Source: Methylobacter sp. (GTDB lineage Bacteria > Pseudomonadota > Gammaproteobacteria > Methylococcales > Methylomonadaceae). Taken from it: 48,062 nucleotides of DNA. The DNA is taken from contig JAQTLI010000001.1 in assembly GCA_028714995.1 (NCBI GenBank), positions 1 to 48,062 on the forward strand. Direction: 5' to 3'. Below are positions 46,887 through 48,062 of this stretch, piece by piece. The translations under genes and the position numbers were made by a program. Numbering within the stretch: the stretch's first letter is position 1; the number at the start of each line of letters is the position of its first letter. Below the pieces are notes generated by a model. The model made no database searches. It was not told where the DNA came from and was given only the letters and a program-made list of their open reading frames with translations.

Positions 46887-48062
46887 ATGTTGAATCATAT
46901 TATTGCCTGGTCGTTGCGCAACGTGTTTCTGGTGCTGCTGGCAACCTTGAGTATCGTAATCGGCGGGATTTACGCGTTGTCGAAAATGCCGCTGGATGCG
47001 CTGCCCGATCTGTCCGATACACAGGTTATCGTATATACCGAATATCCCGGACAAGCACCGCAAGTCGTTGAGGACCAAGTTACTTATCCGCTAACGACAG
47101 CCATGCTGAGCGTGCCGCGTTCGAAAGTCGTGCGTGGTTTTTCCTTTTTCGGCGCCTCTTTCGTGCATGTCATCTTCGAGGACGGCACCGATATTTACTG
47201 GGCTCGTTCACGGGTTTTGGAGTATCTGACCACGCTGACCGGAAGCTTGCCGTCCAACGTAAAGCCTAAATTGGGACCGGATGCCACCGGAGTCGGCTGG
47301 GTTTACCAATATGCATTGCTGGCAAAAGACTTGTCGCTGGCTGAATTACGCACTTTGCAAGACTGGTTTGTACGTTACCAATTGACTAAAGCCAAAGGCG
47401 TGGCTGAAGTCGCCAGTATTGGCGGTTTTGTGCAGCAGTATCAGGTCACCGTCGATCCGCACAAGCTGCAAGCTTACGGTATCTCTTTACTCTCCTTAAG
47501 CGATACCATCCGCAATAGCAACCGCGATGTTGGCGGCCGGGTTATTGAGCTTGCCGAAACCGAATATATGGTGCGCGGACGCGGTTATTTACGCGGCCAA
47601 GCGGATTTGGAACGGCTGGTATTGAAAGCTGAGAAAGGTATCCCGGTGCTACTGCGTGATGTAGCACGGGTGGAACTGGTTCCCGATGAGCGGCGCGGCA
47701 TCACCGAATGGAACGGCGAAGGCGAAGTGGTTTCCGGCATTGCGCTGGCTCGCTATGGTCAGAATGCCCTGGATGTCATCAGCCATGTGAAAGACCGATT
47801 GCGCGAAATTACCGCCGGTTTGCCTACCGGCGTCAGCGTACAAACGGTTTACGACCGCTCCGAGCTGATTCATCGCGCGATTGAGAATTTACGTCATACC
47901 TTGCTGGAAGAAAGCGCGGTGGTCGCCGTTGTCTGCGTAGTCTTCCTGCTGCATCTGCGTAGCGCTCTGGTGGCTATTTTGATGTTGCCCATCGGCGTAC
48001 TGATCGCCTTTATCGTCATGCAGGCGCTAGGCATGAATTCCAACATTATGAGCCTAGGGGGT
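46887..48062 (+). CDS. cusA: CusA Cu/Ag RND permease (runs off window end)
   Basis: Hand translation MLNHIIAWSLRN...PLDALPDLSDTQVIVYTEYPGQAPQVVEDQVTYPL...DIYWARSRVLEYL...LGPDATGVGWVYQY. Confidence 0.95.
   Translation, partial: MLNHIIAWSLRNVFLVLLATLSIVIGGIYALSKMPLDALPDLSDTQVIVYTEYPGQAPQVVEDQVTYPLTTAMLSVPRSKVVRGFSFFGASFVHVIFEDGTDIYWARSRVLEYLTTLTGSLPSNVKPKLGPDATGVGWVYQYALLAKDLSLAELRTLQDWFVRYQLTKAKGVAEVASIGGFVQQYQVTVDPHKLQAYGISLLSLSDTIRNSNRDVGGRVIELAETEYMVRGRGYLRGQADLERLVLKAEKGIPVLLRDVARVELVPDERRGITEWNGEGEVVSGIALARYGQNALDVISHVKDRLREITAGLPTGVSVQTVYDRSELIHRAIENLRHTLLEESAVVAVVCVVFLLHLRSALVAILMLPIGVLIAFIVMQALGMNSNIMSLGG

Noticed and set aside
1-48062. CRISPR array, tRNA, rRNA, replication or conjugation genes
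   Set aside because: None recognised; plasmid location is therefore inferred from cargo only.

Overview
A 48-kb accessory region, probably a plasmid or genomic island. Protein style and LexA type suggest a gammaproteobacterium, possibly Methylococcales (inference only). Left to right: (1) an SOS/mutagenesis cassette (umuC partial, umuD, divergent lexA, a 49-aa membrane ORF, SRAP); (2) a Tn3-family mini-element with res and resolvase; (3) a 2597-aa SpvB/FG-GAP/RHS toxin with a deaminase-type tip; (4) a metal-resistance block (RND tripartite pump, dmeR/dmeF, MFS, CusRS-like pair); (5) an HNH nuclease fused to a phage baseplate gp25-like domain, next to a tyrosine recombinase and its palindromic site; (6) a minus-strand defence island: DUF1016, type I R-M (hsdR/M/S), a STAS-kinase plus STAS-wHTH regulator pair, MBL hydrolase, E2-E1-JAB fusion and patatin, with no CD-NTase; (7) a second resolvase, a His-rich DMT transporter and a cusCBA-type operon running off the end. 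Eight Tn3-family terminal repeats of three types are scattered through 3-27.5 kb with no Tn3 transposase. Best candidates for new biology: the HNH-gp25 fusion, the MBL/E2-E1-JAB/patatin operon with its regulator, and the RHS deaminase tip. No CRISPR, rRNA or tRNA was seen. All family assignments come from motif recognition by eye, not database searches.
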